Positions 12,477-26,010 of a stretch of 64,000 nucleotides of DNA are shown here, piece after piece. Origin of the DNA: Heteronotia binoei (taxonomy: Eukaryota); the NCBI RefSeq assembly GCF_032191835.1, contig NC_083243.1:183768001-183832000 (forward strand), given 5' to 3'. Every line of letters begins with the position of its first letter. Position 1 is the first letter of the stretch. The notes beneath the pieces were generated by a model, which ran no database searches, was not told the origin of the DNA, and worked only from the letters and a program-made list of their open reading frames with translations. Both the position numbers and the translations under genes were made by a program.

Positions 12477-13384
12477 GGATGGGCACAAACTGGCTCTCAA
12501 CCTAAAGTTCATGATGAATTTTGGACAGTTCATAGTACGCAAAGTCAAGTTTGTGGCAGGTCAGCAGGCACGAGCTTTTCATGAACTTTCAAGCTGCTTA
12601 TTTATTTGTTTGTTTGTGGAGTTTTGTGCTGGGATACCTCTCCAGTGAGGCTGTCCCAGCTCAATCTAAACGTTTACCAAACTTCAAAGCAACAGGGGTC
12701 AGAACTTGGAGGACATGTAGAGGAGCATCCAGGAGAGGTCCTCTGCAACTTTCATGTCTCTGCTTTGCACGGGATCCATTCTATACACTCCTGACTCCCC
12801 TGAACCTGTGCCTGTCAAAATGGCCACTTGCCAATGGCAGGCAGTCATTTTGACAGGTGCAGGTTCAGAAGGTTCAGGAGTGTATAGAACAAATCCTGTG
12901 CAAGCTAGAGAAACCAAACATGCAGGGGTTCTCCTCCTGTCTCTCCTCTGCCTGCCCTCTGAAGACAGCACATGTTTAGAAGATTTCTGGATGACCCTCC
13001 TGTACCTGCCCTCTACCTACCCTCCAGCTGACTCTCCTTTACTTGCTCCGAGTTATGTCCCCACACCAAATAAGATGTCTCCAGAAAAACGCTGTCTGGG
13101 GAAATGACAGGTGGTCATTTCCACAGAAGACACTTTCCTGGGGGGCATTTTCTTGGGGGGGGGGCATAACTTGGACCCTGTGAATCCAATCCTCACTAAA
13201 CTTGAAGGACAGGTTGAGGAGAGTTAGCCAGAGATCTTCTGTGAGTGTGATGTTTCTAGCATGCCAAGGGGGCCATTCTAATGGGTCACAAACCTAATGA
13301 ATTGAACCTGTTGGTTTGGACCCTAAAAATGAACTGGGCATGCCATGAACCAAATCACATTTCCCCGGCAGTTTGTGTCATTCC
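12477..13384. mobile_element. Non-autonomous DNA transposon with an internal hairpin
   Basis: AGGATGGGCACAAAC ... GTTTGTGTCATTCCT termini; internal inverted repeat centred near 12832. Confidence 0.55.
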
Positions 13385-14962
13385 TGGAGAAGAATCATGT
13401 GTGCTGTTCTGAGTTCCTGGGAGCAATAGACAGACAACAGATACTGTAAATACACACAGTGAACAGGTACATGTACACACAAAACCAATAGCAATGTGTT
13501 ACCAGTCACAATGTTCAAAGCTAATCAGAAATGGATTGAGAGCGTAATGACTGAGCAATTTAATCAGCTTGGGAAATATGAGTCAGGGAAGTCACTACCT
13601 GTCTTTCTGTGGAAGAATATTTGCTTTCATTTCCCAATTAAAAGTACAGTTTGAACCCTAGCTGGTCCTCATTCCATTACCAGGCAGAAAAATCTGCAAT
13701 CCTCAATTAAACATGGATATGTTTTGATCTGATCTGATGATCTTTGATTATCTTAAAATATTCTTTTGTCTTAATAAACTAGGAGTATAAATTCAGTGAG
13801 CTGGGGCCCTGGTGATGCGAAAGAACAAATAATTTGGTGCTCATTAAAAATAAAAAAAACTCCTTTCCCTTCCAAAACAAAAAAAAATGAGCTGTAGAAT
13901 GTCTCAGCATGGGTTATTTCAGGGCATACTCACCTAGCAAACATATATCAGAATGGCAACTAAGTGGTGAGCAGGTGTGGATAATAACTCTAGGCTCTGG
14001 ATCACTATCTTGACACATTTGCCAGTTGGTAAGTGAAATCACAGAGCATGAAATCAATCTTGGAGCAATCTATGCTGGACTTGACTGGGCTGATTTTGGC
14101 TGAGAGAAGGTGCCCTTCAAGCTATGAGATAAGCATGCGGCATTACTGACGTCTCTCCGGTGTCCATGCTCCATTAAAGAGCTGATCTCTGTTTTACAAA
14201 ACATACATTCATTTAGTAATTATCCTAAAATGCTAAGCCAGCCTTTGACAATCTTTTGTTCCTATTCCTAACATGTTTTACGGCAACCCAGAAATATTTC
14301 AAGCCCAGATGGCCCAGACTGGCCCGATCCATTACATGGGTAAGATAAATTAGATAACAGAAATCAGAGTGACAAATAATGGACAGAGACTAAAGTCATG
14401 GTAGCAGCGAGGAATCAGATGACGGGAATCACAGTTGAGTTCAGAGTGCTTGAGGAAAAATTTTTGCTGAAGACTTGGGGTCAAGGAAAACTAACGCGAT
14501 CAAAAATGAAGAGTACAGCAGGACAGAATTCCAGAAGGATGAAATTGCAATGGTCTACAGGAGAGAGAGCCAAATCATGAACAATGGGATTTAACATTTT
14601 TGCTTTAGGAGATGAACAAAGGCCTTTTGTTTTGAAAACGTTCTAAAAATATGGCTTTGGATCTTTACACTGTTTATGACTCCTTCCGATGTTATCTCAG
14701 TGGCACAGGAGATGGAGCATTATTTCTCCTTCCCACACTACTCTGATAATAAATCAAAATCCCTAACACATGATGAAGGAGTTTGCAAAATGGCTTTTTT
14801 CCTTAATAGGATTGCCAAGCTCCCTCAGAGATCTACTAGCTACTTTGCTTGTTCCCATGACCCGAGATAATGTGGGAAAACAAAACTGTAGTGAATTCCA
14901 TTGCACTGAGAGATAAAAAAAGAAGGCCTAAGAATTCCAGGGGGTAATGAATGGTATAGGAT

Positions 14963-15135
14963 AGCCTGGTCTCGTCAGATCTCAGAAGTCAAGCAGGGTC
15001 AGTTACTTGGATGGGAGACCACCAAGGGAGGCTGTACCGAGGAAGGCAATGGCAAACCACCTCTGCTTTTAATTTGCCTTGAAAGCCCCTTGCTGGGGCC
15101 TCCATAATAGGGTTGCAACTTGATGGCACATACAT
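14963..15135 (+). mobile_element. 5S rRNA-derived SINE (SINE3) with RTE/Bov-B-type tail
   Basis: GCCTGGTCTCGTCAGATCTCAGAAGTCAAGCAGGGTC...TACTTGGATGGGAGACCACC matches the 5S internal promoter region; followed by GAGGAAGGCAATGGCAAACCACCTCTG, an RTE-like 3' end. Confidence 0.8.
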
Positions 15136-15441
15136 ACAGAAGAATTCCAAATGGACTTTTCCAGGTTGGATCTAATTGCAAAATGAATTTTTGATCAAAG
15201 CTGATCAAGTCTGTGATTGCAAAAAAGCTAGTTTCCTCTCACCCAAATGCTAAGGGATCTGGATCGATTCCTGGAATTAATTTCTACCACCCCTTGAACT
15301 TTCCACTGCAATTTCCTAAACTGCCATGAACTAACACTACCCTATGGGATATTAAGGTACTTTTCTACTCAAGAGGCTCTAGAAAGACCAACTCAAATGA
15401 ATTATGCATTACAGCAATATTATAACAATCCATGAACTTAC

Positions 15442-15552
15442 CGTCCCTTCTGTTGAGCTTTGCAAAGCTGGGTCTGTGATTGCTGGAGAGCTCAGAGGAG
15501 CTGTCAAAAGCTGTCATGGGTAATGAGAATACCAACGGCTCCTCACAATTAT
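15442..15552 (-). CDS. CNTNAP4: Contactin-associated protein-like (Caspr) exon 2, N-terminal part of F5/8 type C domain
   Basis: 111-bp exon, phase 1-1, acceptor CTTGCTCTTGTTTTATAG and donor GTAAGT. Translates (D)NCEEPLVFSLPMTAFDSSSELSSNHRPSFAKLNRRD(G), matching my recollection of CNTNAP4/3 [39 protein letters not shown]4 vs a close paralogue cannot be settled from one exon. Confidence 0.85.
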
Positions 15553-15782
15553 CTATAAAACAAGAGCAAGTATAGCAGACATCAAATATAACAGAAATAC
15601 ACCTCTAGTTTACAGCTTTTTGTTGTTATTGCAAAGTCATCCATTCCTAACATGTTGCTTACTAGTTAATAAGCTACTTCTGGAAGAGAAGTATAAAGTT
15701 ATAATAGATTCATCAACCAATTGACCCCCCCTTCCCCGCCAACAGGAAGTATTTATATTATAAAAGGAAGCACTTCACCCAA

Positions 15783-17505
15783 AGGGTGATTTAATGCTTT
15801 TAATATATATTTTTTTAATTGTAAGCTATGTCTTGTGAGCCACCCTGAGCCTGCTTCAGCGGAGAGGGCAGGACATAAATCCAATAAAATAAAATAAATA
15901 AAATTAAATAAAATAAAATTAACCCATGGACTTCACTGCCGCAGGAGGTGGTGGTGGCTACAAGCATAGACAGCTTCAAGAAGGGATTGGATAAACATAC
16001 AGAGCAGAGGTCCATCAGTGACTATTAGCCACAGCGTATTCTTGGTGCTTTGGTGGGGGGGGGGGCAAAGTGGGAGGACTTCTAGTGTCCTGGTCCCACT
16101 GATGGACCTCATGATGGCACCTGTTGTTGTTGTTGTTGTTGTTTTTTGCCACTGTGTGACACAGAGGGCGTTTTCGCACTCACCTTCAAGTGGCGCGACC
16201 ACCCCCTTCACAGCGGAGGATCTGCGCGGATTTCGCACAAGAAGCGCCGGAGCAGCCAAAAGAGCCGGAAAGTTCCGTCGCAAAAGCCACTCAATCGTTT
16301 TCCTGCTTCTTGGCGGTTTCCGTTTGAGCGGCTTTCGCGACGGAACTTTCCGGCTGTTTTGGCTGCTCCGGCGCTTCTTGTGCGAAATCCGCGCAGATCC
16401 TCCGCTGTGAAGAGGGTGGTCGCGCCACTTGAAGGTGAGTGCGAAAACGCCCAGAGTGTTGGACTGGATGGGCCATTGACTTGATCCAGCATGGTTTCTT
16501 TTATGTTCTTATCTTTGATGCAATTTACACTGCAATGGAACATAGGATAAGCTTTCAACAGACCATGTAGAAAATGACCCGAGTCAGTGAAGGACAAAAT
16601 CACCTACGCTGTGGGAGCAATGCATGTCTTTGGCTTTGTTTCAAGAGCAAAGTATATCGTTAGTCATGCTAGAAAGTTGTGCCACTTTTGATGGCAAACC
16701 TTGTCCCCCCCCCCCCCTCAGCAGTTCAATATACGCCATGTTGAACAGGTAGAGGGAAAAGTGGGCTCATGCCTATTGTCCGTGCCCCTCTGCCTCTATA
16801 CATAAAGTTATGTATAGTCCTTTAAAAAGAGAGAAATGAATGGCAGCGCTAAACCCTGAGCTGTAGCAGATTCGTAAATTATTAAAACAGTTACAGAAGA
16901 AAATCTTGCAGGTTTATTGGATTACCACACTGGCTGGTGTTATGACTGCAAAGCTATGTAGGTGATCAGCGTAGGTGATGTTGTCCTTCACTGACTCGGG
17001 TCATTTTCCACATGGTCTGTTGAAAGCTTATCCTATGTTCCATTGCAGTGTAAATTGAGTCAAAGATAAGAACATAAAAGAAGCCATGCTGGATCAAGTC
17101 AATGGCCCATCCAGTCCAACACAGTGGCAAAAAACAACACACAGTGGCAAACAACAACAACAACAACAGGTGCCATCATGAGGTCCATCAGTGGGACCAG
17201 GACACTAGAAGTCCTCCCACTTTGTCCCCCCCCCCCACCAAAGCACCAAGAATACGCTGTGGCTAATAGTCACTGATGGACCTCTGCTCTGTATGTTTAT
17301 CCAATCCCTTCTTGAAGCTGTCTATGCTTGTAGCCACCACCACCTCCTGCGGCAGTGAAATCCATGTGTTAATTTTATTTAATTTTATTTATTTTATTTT
17401 ATTGGATTTATGTCCTGCCCTCTCTGCTGAAGCAGGCTCAGGGTGGCTCACAAGACATAGCTTACAATAAAAAAAACATTTATATTAAAAGCATTAAATC
17501 ACCCT
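15783..17505. repeat. Large inverted duplication (~545-bp arms, ~350-bp spacer)
   Basis: 15783-16611 (minus the MITE at 16166-16452) is the near-identical reverse complement of 16967-17505; arms contain an L2 tail, a CR1 3' fragment and unique sequence. Confidence 0.92.
16166..16452. mobile_element. Palindromic PIF/Harbinger-type MITE inserted in a CR1 fragment
   Basis: GGGCGTTTTCGCACT ... AGTGCGAAAACGCCC; 3-bp TSD AGA; intact site ACACAGAGTGTTGG is seen in the CR1 copy near 22230. Confidence 0.85.
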
Positions 17506-20500
17506 ACTGATTTTATACAGGTGTGACCCAACTAGGCACCTTAAGAATGCTTTCAAATTGTAATTAGGAAACAATAGGGGCTTACACATGGGCCATGTGA
17601 CGATGCAACAGTCTGTAACATTTGACTGTAATTAAGCCCAGTGCTGTAGGAACTATTTGACTAAAGACCTCAAGCAACTGCTTCTGCTGTGTGATCACGG
17701 ACATCGTGTGAACTGTGCACCTTCTGGGCATCTGAATGCAACCACAAGGTTACCAAAAGAGTCTCTAAGGTTTGTTAATAGAGTTCCAGTGAAATGAATA
17801 ATGGGAAAGTAATATTGTCTGGTCTAAAAAGTGTTTAGATTCTTATGAAGGATCTTCATAAAATCTCAGTTTTAACAAAAGGATATTAATTTGAAATCTG
17901 ACTCTTCAGTCCTCCCCCTTCTACCTTGTACTGCTCTTGAGGATGAGATCCAATCTATGGGGATTTCCAATTACCAGCCTGAAGAATGTTCACACTGTTG
18001 TGGTTTTATTCATTTTTTTCCCTTTGGAGTTAGACCGTAAAGATGATAGGAAAAGTTTAAACAAGTCCCTGTGGTATATACTTGCATGACCCTGAGATTC
18101 GCGGATTTCAGGAAAAGTGCACCCATTCTTTGAAACCAAAACAAGAAGAAAATGCTCACATTTCAAACTGCAGAATTTGAAGAGTCAGCAGCATTGTGAA
18201 TCTCTCTGAGCAAGAAGCCTCTGCAGCCTTTTCTATCTTTCTTCCCCCCCCCTCATTTTCTGCCTTCTCACTCACTCCTCAACACAGCTAGAGTTTCCAG
18301 GCTTGTGACTCTTGTGGGAGTCTGGAGAAGCAAGTGCATGGGAGAGGCTCCAGGAGTAATGTCATTCTTCTATAGTAGTCGCTGGAAACTCTACAGAAAA
18401 AAACCACAGGGATCCCAGCAGTTCCTAGAGAGGTGTGATGTCACTTCTGGGTTTTCCTGGAAGTAACATTATGCTATTGGAACAATGTTTGTGTCATTGT
18501 CATTGTTTCTCAAGCGGCTGCTCTGAATGGTGGAAGTAAATGAGAACCAAAAGCAGGGGAGTGAAAGGAAGAGGACAACCTGGGCACAGCTACTGCTCAG
18601 GTGAGAGAGAGATTGCCAAGGCGTATGGGGTGGAACAAGAGAGGAACATAGACAAGGGGTAGTACGAGCTGCACCGTCCAATCTTTTTATAGGTGTCTGT
18701 TAAAGGTGGCAGTTGTTGCAGCCGCAGAAAAAAGCCCTTGAGTGGGTACCAACAGAACAACCAAATAACATTGCTGACCTGATTATAGAGGCTAATGTGT
18801 GATCTAATGCCAGAAGAGATGGTCATTTGAGTATGTGTATCCTAGACTATAAAGGCCTTTAAAGTTAAACAGCACCTTGAATTAGAACTCATAATTGGGC
18901 TGTATTTTGGGAAATATATAGTTTAGGATGTCGTGATCCTCCATTAGGTCTCCCCTTTTTTTTTCAAACTATGAAATTTATATTACATCCACAGATAATC
19001 AATGGGAACACTGCAAGACAGTTTCCTTTATTATTATTATCATCATCTATGACAGAATATAGGAAGAGGTCAAATCTTTCATTACTTGATCTTCTGAAAG
19101 CATTCTCACAATGGTGCCCATGCCTCCACTGCACTTTTGAACCCACACTGTTTTATAATGCAAATGAAGTTTCAGACAAAAACAGGTTTGCTCGTTTCCT
19201 TGTCTATTACAGGCTTTCAGTCCTAGTTAGTATATACAGCAATGACTTTCACTCAAGCATAAAACCACTGATTTTAGCTCAATCTCCCTAGGAGGAACAC
19301 TTGAGTATATAATTAGTGGAGAAGTCCTGCAGCTTAGCAAAATCTCAGGCTCCACAAGCATCTTTCAGCTCACATAAATATGGCTGTATGCGTATGAGAA
19401 TGTGCGAATGCTTCATTAAGGTTAGAAGAGTCAAGGCATGCAATGCTTCAGGCTCTCACAGTAAGATTCATTCTCTGCCCATTTTGAATTCAGCTGCCAA
19501 ATTCAGCTCTTTGGATATTTCTCAGGCAGGACTTAGCATGCTATCCCAAGCTACCTTCTAGGATCTATTATAGTCAAAATCCTCCATTCTTCTCCCCAGT
19601 CCGCATTACGAACAGCTTTACTGTGCTCAGTCTTTAGAAACTGAGAGATGATCCAGATCCTGATCTCATTTAGTAATTGTAACATAGCATCTGAACCTGG
19701 TGGGCATGCTGTGGGGGTACCCCACTTGAGTAATGGGACCCCAAGCTAAGGAAATGAAATAGATTCTTGTCAGAAATCAGGTCAAGGAAACACTCTCTTC
19801 ACAAAGTAGCAGAGGAACATGCTGGGACCTGACTCTGACTGCAACATACTGTAGGTTTCCCCCTGGTCTGGCTACTCTCCCCCTCCCAACTGAATGATGA
19901 GATTATTATGGGTTCAACAGGTAAGTGTTGTTTCTGTTCTAATCCTCTGATGGTCAAGTGGCCATCTCCTTGCCTCCTTTCTGCAACTCAGCTTATTCTT
20001 TGTTCACTGCTAAATTCACTGCTATAGTAACGTCTGACACCTGGACAAACTCTTTGTCTTCTGTGCTTACTCCTCCTAAGGGTATCCTGGCTAAATTGCT
20101 TGAACCATTAAAACCCATACTGACCCATTCTAACCCATACTGACAAAAATTACTGAGTCAGCCTCACCAATTGTTTCAATCTGGAAATCCATTCAGACAC
20201 CCAGGAAAGACACATCAGCACCCATTAAGGAGCAGTCAAAGCTCTGGAAGGGTCTTCGACCATCCAAACCTTATAAAACATGAGAGCAAGCCACACCAAC
20301 TTGTTCAGTCTGAGCACATATAACCAGATTGTTCCCCCCATTCCTCTAAGTAAAGGGATCCTCAAACATGGCACTATGGCAGTGCATGTCCCCATCTTCA
20401 AGTTGTAACTGGACCTTTGCACATCTGGACAGGTAGTATCACCTGCTTCAACAACCCCTACAAACCCCTATCAATCACCTCTATCTTTCCTAGCTCTCGT

Positions 20501-20805
20501 CTGCGTGTGTTTTATTGCTTGAGTGTGTGTTTGTACCTTATATACGTATTTTCTACTAAACATTATAAAATATATTGGATCTGGAGTCTTTTCTTTCTGG
20601 GACTGGACCTTTGTATCATAGGTGAAAAGATCCACGCTCCTAATTTGCTCTACCTAGTCTCCCTTTGCTAATTCCCCCATCTAAAAGAGGAGACTCAAGC
20701 ATTTCCAGTAACAATGTATCCTGTGGGGCTGAAGGTAGCTACATAGTCACTTCATGCCTATCAATGGGGACAGACAAAAAAATTTCCAAAATGCTATCAC
20801 AGACC

Positions 20806-20971
20806 CAGGGCTGGCCCTAGACAGTCTGGAATCCTAGGCAAGGTTAAGGTCTGGCACCCCCCTCCCCTGCACTGATGTCACTGAGTCACATGGAGGCATC
20901 CAATTTGGTGTCACCAGAAGGCTGGTGCACCAGGCAACCATCTAGTTTGCCTAGTGACAGGGCTGGCCATA
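20806..20971. mobile_element. Short hAT-type MITE
   Basis: CAGGGCTGGCCCTAG ... CAGGGCTGGCCATA termini; 8-bp TSD CACAGACC / CACAGACA. Confidence 0.65.
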
Positions 20972-21059
20972 CACAGACATCATTTCTATACTTTCCTAGC
21001 AACTCAAAAGGAGTTATATTTTTCATGTTTTATTGAATATTAATAAGTATACAAGGAGT

Positions 21060-21485
21060 TATAATTTGTCTCCATTGGCTGAGGCTCCTCTCTAGAGGAG
21101 AAAGGGGGGAGGGAGAGCTTGCTTTGCCAGGCTTTCTTAATTGCACACCAGAGCTACTGAGCCAAACCTCTCTTCCTTCTATTGGCTGAGGCCCCTCCAT
21201 CTCCTGGTCCCCTGGGGAAGAAAGGAAAGAGCCAGAGCTTCCTTTGCCCAGTTCCCTTCATTGCATGGGAGAGATACAAAGAAAGCACCTTTAAGACCAA
21301 CAAGTGCTAATGTTTTAAGCATGTTTTATTTAAACCTTTTTAAAATCTTTGTGTTTGTCTGTGTCCTTTAAAAAGTTTCTATTTCTGTTACCTGGCATTA
21401 CATTTTATGACATACATGGACCTGCCCAACAAGGTCTCATTTATGTCAGATCTGGTTCTCGTAACAAATGAGTTTGACACCCCTG
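21060..21485 (-). mobile_element. hAT-like transposon terminal fragment
   Basis: Ends in AAATGAGTTTGACACCCCTG (reverse complement CAGGGGTGTCAAACTCATTT). Confidence 0.55.
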
Positions 21486-21552
21486 ATCTAGACCCTACAA
21501 AACTAGACTCTACTACCAAGGAAGGAGAGCATGCCACCTCCTGAGGATCAGA

Positions 21553-21730
21553 CTTCCGCAGGAGGTGGTGGGTTCTCCTTCCTTGGAGGTTTTTAAACAG
21601 AGGCTAGTTGGCCATCTGACAGCAATGAAGATCCTGTGAATTTAGGGGGAGGTATTTGTGAGTTTCCTGTATTGTGCTGGGGGTTGAACTAGATGTCCCT
21701 GGAGGTCCCTTCCAATTCTATGATTCTATG
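21553..21730 (+). mobile_element. CR1 LINE 3' end
   Basis: CCTTCCTTGGAGGTTTTTAAACAGAGGCT ... GGTCCCTTCCAATTCTATGATTCTATGA octamer tail. Confidence 0.85.
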
Positions 21731-22174
21731 AAAACTGTCCCATTCTTTGGGGAAGAGGAGAGAATCCTTATTTGTAATGGCCTAGTAAACATTATCTGAT
21801 TGACTTCTTACAACAAGAAGAAGAACTGAAGAAGTATGATCTGACAAGTAACACAGAGTCTCCAAGTGAGTTCATAGCAAATGTGAAATTTGAACTAGGA
21901 ACTTCTCATTTATGACACAGACTGTTATAGGTTTTGGATTAAAATTCTGGCAAGTGTTACACTTTCCCCAGGTGGGATAGTCTTGAGCAAGGGGTCAGGA
22001 TGAATACATCCTAGTAAATATGGCTTTGAAGTATCGACAGACACAATTCCACAAGAAGTATCAATAGCTGAAAAAAAATATTAATTCACAAACAGAAAGG
22101 ATCCACAGCTGGGGATAGGCATGGCCCAGGGTAAAAAAAAAGGACTGTGGAGGCTTGAGGTCCTTGGGATTTAA

Positions 22175-22585
22175 GAACATAAGAACATAAGAGAAACCAT
22201 GTTGGATCAGGCCAATGGCCCATCTAGTCCAACACTCTGTGTCACACAGTGGCCCAAAAAAATTTATACACACACACACACACTGTGGCTAATAGCCACT
22301 GATGGACCTCTGCTCCATATTTTTATCTAAACCCCTCTTGAAGGTGGCCATGCTTGTGGCTGCCACCACGTCCTGTGGCAGTGAATTCCACATGTTAATC
22401 ACCCTTTGGGTGAAGAAGTACTTCCTTTTATCCATTTTAACCTGTCTGCTCAGCAATTTCATTGAATGCCCACGAGTTCTTGTATTGTCAGAAAAGTATC
22501 TCTTTCTCTAATTTCTCCATCCCATGCATTATCTTGTAAACCTCTATCATGTCACCCCGCAGTCGACGTTTCTCCAAGCTAAAGA
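22175..22585 (-). mobile_element. CR1 LINE 3' fragment
   Basis: (AAGAACAT)2 tail, GGATCAGGCCAATGGCCCATCTAGTCC and ORF2 C-terminal sequence on the minus strand. Confidence 0.85.
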
Positions 22586-23269
22586 GTCCCAAGATTTATG
22601 GACTCTTGGACCACAAATATCTGAATTCAAGGAACCAGGGTATGAATGAAGGCCAAACAGTGACTTCAACCACTTCTGGTTCCCTTCTGAGTGAACTGGA
22701 AGTGGGTGAAATCACGGCTTGGAGTTCACTCACATGCAGTGCAGATTTGCAAAAGGCATTTAAAGGAAATACATTCCCTTTAAATGGCTTTACGAGCCCT
22801 GCTGACACAGACCTTATGAAATTCCTGGGAGGGTTGTGGGAGGTCTGTGTCAGTTGGATTGCATGGATTGGGTTCATGGACCATGAACTGGGCCCTGGTC
22901 CATGGAAAAATTAGGTCCGTGCCTTTTATATATGTGATTAGAAATGTGTCTAATATATGGAGTCCTTGCCTGGCTCATTGGAGCCTGAAGGACCAAGCTT
23001 GGGGACTCGGGGACAATGGACAGTAGGAACCAAATCCCTGCTGCCCTGCTCCAATCATGGGCCACCTGCTGCTTTGAATGGTCCAATAGGATGCTAGTGT
23101 GGGAACCTGGAGGGTATATATAGTTGGCCCTATTGGCCCAGAGTACAGCCCTATATTAGAGCACAGCCCTATATAAGGAAAACAAAAAGTATAAAAGACC
23201 ATTTAGGATTTAGGAAAACAAAAAGTATAAAAGACCATTTGATCAGGGCCAGTCTTTCAGTGAGTACAT

Positions 23270-23730
23270 CCATACATGCCACAGGAATGGCGGTAAGGCA
23301 CTTTAAATGTGGGTCATGCTCTGTTTGTTCCCAATCGCTACAGATTAAAGAATTTACTAGCCCCAACGGGGTACATGTACATCTAAGAACATTTATCTCA
23401 TGTTCAACTAAGGGCACAGTGTACTGTTTGGTTTGTGGATGCTCCAAAATATACATTGGAAGCACGTCCCGTTCATTACAGGTTTGTGTGTCTGAGCATA
23501 AATCTAGGGTGCGTTTATTAGTTCCAGATGCTCCTCTCATGAACCATTATATCCAGGAAAAATCATAGGGCTAATGATTTTAAATTTTTTGCCTTGTGTA
23601 AGGTCCAGCGGGTTCAAGGTGAAGATTCATACAAACTTTATCAAAACAAGAGTCATTCTGGATATTCAAACTGGGCTCCCTTTCACCTAAGGGGTTTAAC
23701 ACAAGTTTGGATTTGGCTTGTCATCTGTAA
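23270..23730 (+). mobile_element. Penelope-like GIY-YIG endonuclease fragment with upstream Cys motif
   Basis: ORF 23239-23568: FKCGSCSVC...SCSTKGTVYCLVCGCSKIYIGSTSRSLQVCVSEHKS; continues in other frames to WIFKLGSLSPKGFN. Confidence 0.85.
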
Positions 23731-26010
23731 GAAAAGTGATTGTGTATCTGGTCTTTGGCTTTGGTTGTAAAACAAAGAGTAAAACAATTAGTTCAGCATT
23801 TGATTTATTACTTTGGTTTTGTAAGGGAATGTTTCCCAATGAGAGTGAGTTCTGTATATAAATATGTTTTTAAATATTTCTAAATATAGGTTTTTAAGTA
23901 ATAAAAAGGTACTGTGATTTTTTGTGTGGTAATTGGCACCTGTGATCAATTAAGAATGTATCATTTAGAATGGGAGCATCTCACCAGTCTTACTGAGTGG
24001 CAATTGACGCCAGCTTCCATGCATGACTCGGGATGGACTTTTGTCCAGCAGCCCATGGCAGCTCTTGGTAGCTCTGACTAGCACTAAATTGGATCAAGTG
24101 ACTCCTTTCCCCTAAGCCTTCCTTTACAGTAGAGAAAGAATATCTCCAATAAAGTAAGACCTCTTTGATGAAAATGAAGGAAGTATTTGGATGAAGGAAG
24201 TCATTGGATCCAACTGTATATGCACAAAGGAAACAACACAGCAGAAGTAATAACGGTTACCATAAAGGGACCTAGAATCATAGAGTTGGAAGGGACCTCC
24301 AGGGTTATTTACTACAACCCCCTGAATAATGCAAAAAAATCAAAAATACATAATTCCAACACACACACCCAGCAACCCCTGTTCCATCCCCAGAAGATGG
24401 GGATAAAACTGTGATGCCCAAAACTGAACACAATATTCTAGGTGAGATCTAACATGAGGCAAAGGGTGCACTCTTTTGTTAAAATTTTTGAGATTCATTC
24501 CTAGTCTTTAATCATACCTCCACCACCACCATGCCATTTCTCCTTTATGATACCATTAGCTTTAGGTTTAACTCTACACATATTCAAGAGTATTATTTCC
24601 CGTGGAATAACAATATCCTTCCCCATGTCAGCTTTTTAAAGATCTTATGCATTTTTCCATAAATTGGATGTCTTCTGGCAAATATCCCAGATGATGCTAA
24701 TCACAAAAAAGAATCAGAAGTACAAAGCTTATACTAATGACTTTACTTTCTGTAAAAATTGAGAAACTTGATGTTATTATGCATGAATATACAAACGTTA
24801 CATGTATGTAGTTTTTATCTTTGATTCCCCTTTCATTTCACTCTATATTAAAATGCCGGTAAATTTTGCAGATAATGTGGTAATCAAACGGGCATGCAAA
24901 GCTTTGATTGAAACTGTAAATTATTTTCACACTGGGATTTGATGTCAAAAGATTCTCTTTTTTTGTTTTTGGCAAGATAAAATCCTTCTTAGCACTGCAT
25001 GTTTAACAGCCTACTTTGTTTTAAAGTCATAAAACGTTGCTTTTTTTTTTTTTACAATCCCTTCAGCGCTAGTTAAGAGTGATAACTCCCACTTTTAGCC
25101 TCATTGGTTTTCCTCCCTTGTATCTACCATTCAAATCTGCTAGTGACAGAAACAAAAACTTTAAGTATTACTTCTGGAAATTGATTTAGTGTCTTTTGTA
25201 CTGCAAACAGCACTGAGAGAAAAATGAGCCCAGATTTAAGCATGTAAAAGTAAAAAGAACAGAATGTTAAAGGAACTGTTGCCATGTGCCTAAAGTAGGC
25301 TGAATGTTTACTCCTATCACCAACACCTACCCCAATTTTTCCTAAGCTCCTATTTTTCAGTTTTGCCACCTCATAATTTTTTGAAAAACAATTGGGAAAG
25401 TGAAGGAGATGTGGTCTTATTTTCTGGCAATGAAAACCTCTCTCTGCTTTCCTGGAGGCTAACTTGCCCACATGAACAGCTGGGAAATCCATCTGTTAGC
25501 ATAGAGACTTTGCCCATTTTCCAAGATACAAAGCACTAGAGGAGACACTTATTGATAAATACAATTCAATTTTTCCTGCTGTAATGCAAGAATAACTCAG
25601 TTATTAACTAGCTAATAGAGATGTCTCTCCCCAGTGGCTCTAACTTACTAGCTGGAATGCTTTTATCCTGCTTAAAACTTCCTCCACATAAGTATCTGCA
25701 AATCACTTATTCACATCATCACTCCATTGTGTCCATACATTCTCATAATGCCAAAAAATCACAATCCAATCTATATACACGAGAAATGGCTCGCAGAGCT
25801 TTTTAAAAAGTCTAATTTAAAAAGCCTGTTTTTTATTAGTGAAGTGCTCTTGACATCAGGCATAATAGTCTGATAATGGGTCATCAGTCAAGATGAGGGA
25901 TGGAGAAATCCAGAGATGGATGTATTCATTTGGTAAGTGAAGATGATATTTTAAATCTCATGGAGAAAATACATTTGGGAACTATAGGACGTAAATGGGA
26001 GTTTTTAAAA

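Noticed and set aside
13934-14190. Minus-strand GTGAGT donor with upstream AG, tested as Caspr exon 3
   Set aside because: Stops in all frames from the best acceptor and no GGWSP/QWLQ motif; exon 3 is not seen in the window
14292-14339. Plus-strand 48-bp exon-like segment ending GTAAG
   Set aside because: Weak acceptor; none of the three open frames is recognisable
14963-15025. 5S rRNA gene
   Set aside because: Partial, diverged and fused to a retroposon tail, so a SINE head
16795-16818. Perfect 10-bp palindrome CTATACATAA-AG-TTATGTATAG in the inverted-duplication spacer
   Set aside because: Short, AT-rich and isolated; no evidence of function
25350-25530. Plus-strand ~59-codon frame after a CAG acceptor
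   Set aside because: No recognisable homology and no linked exons
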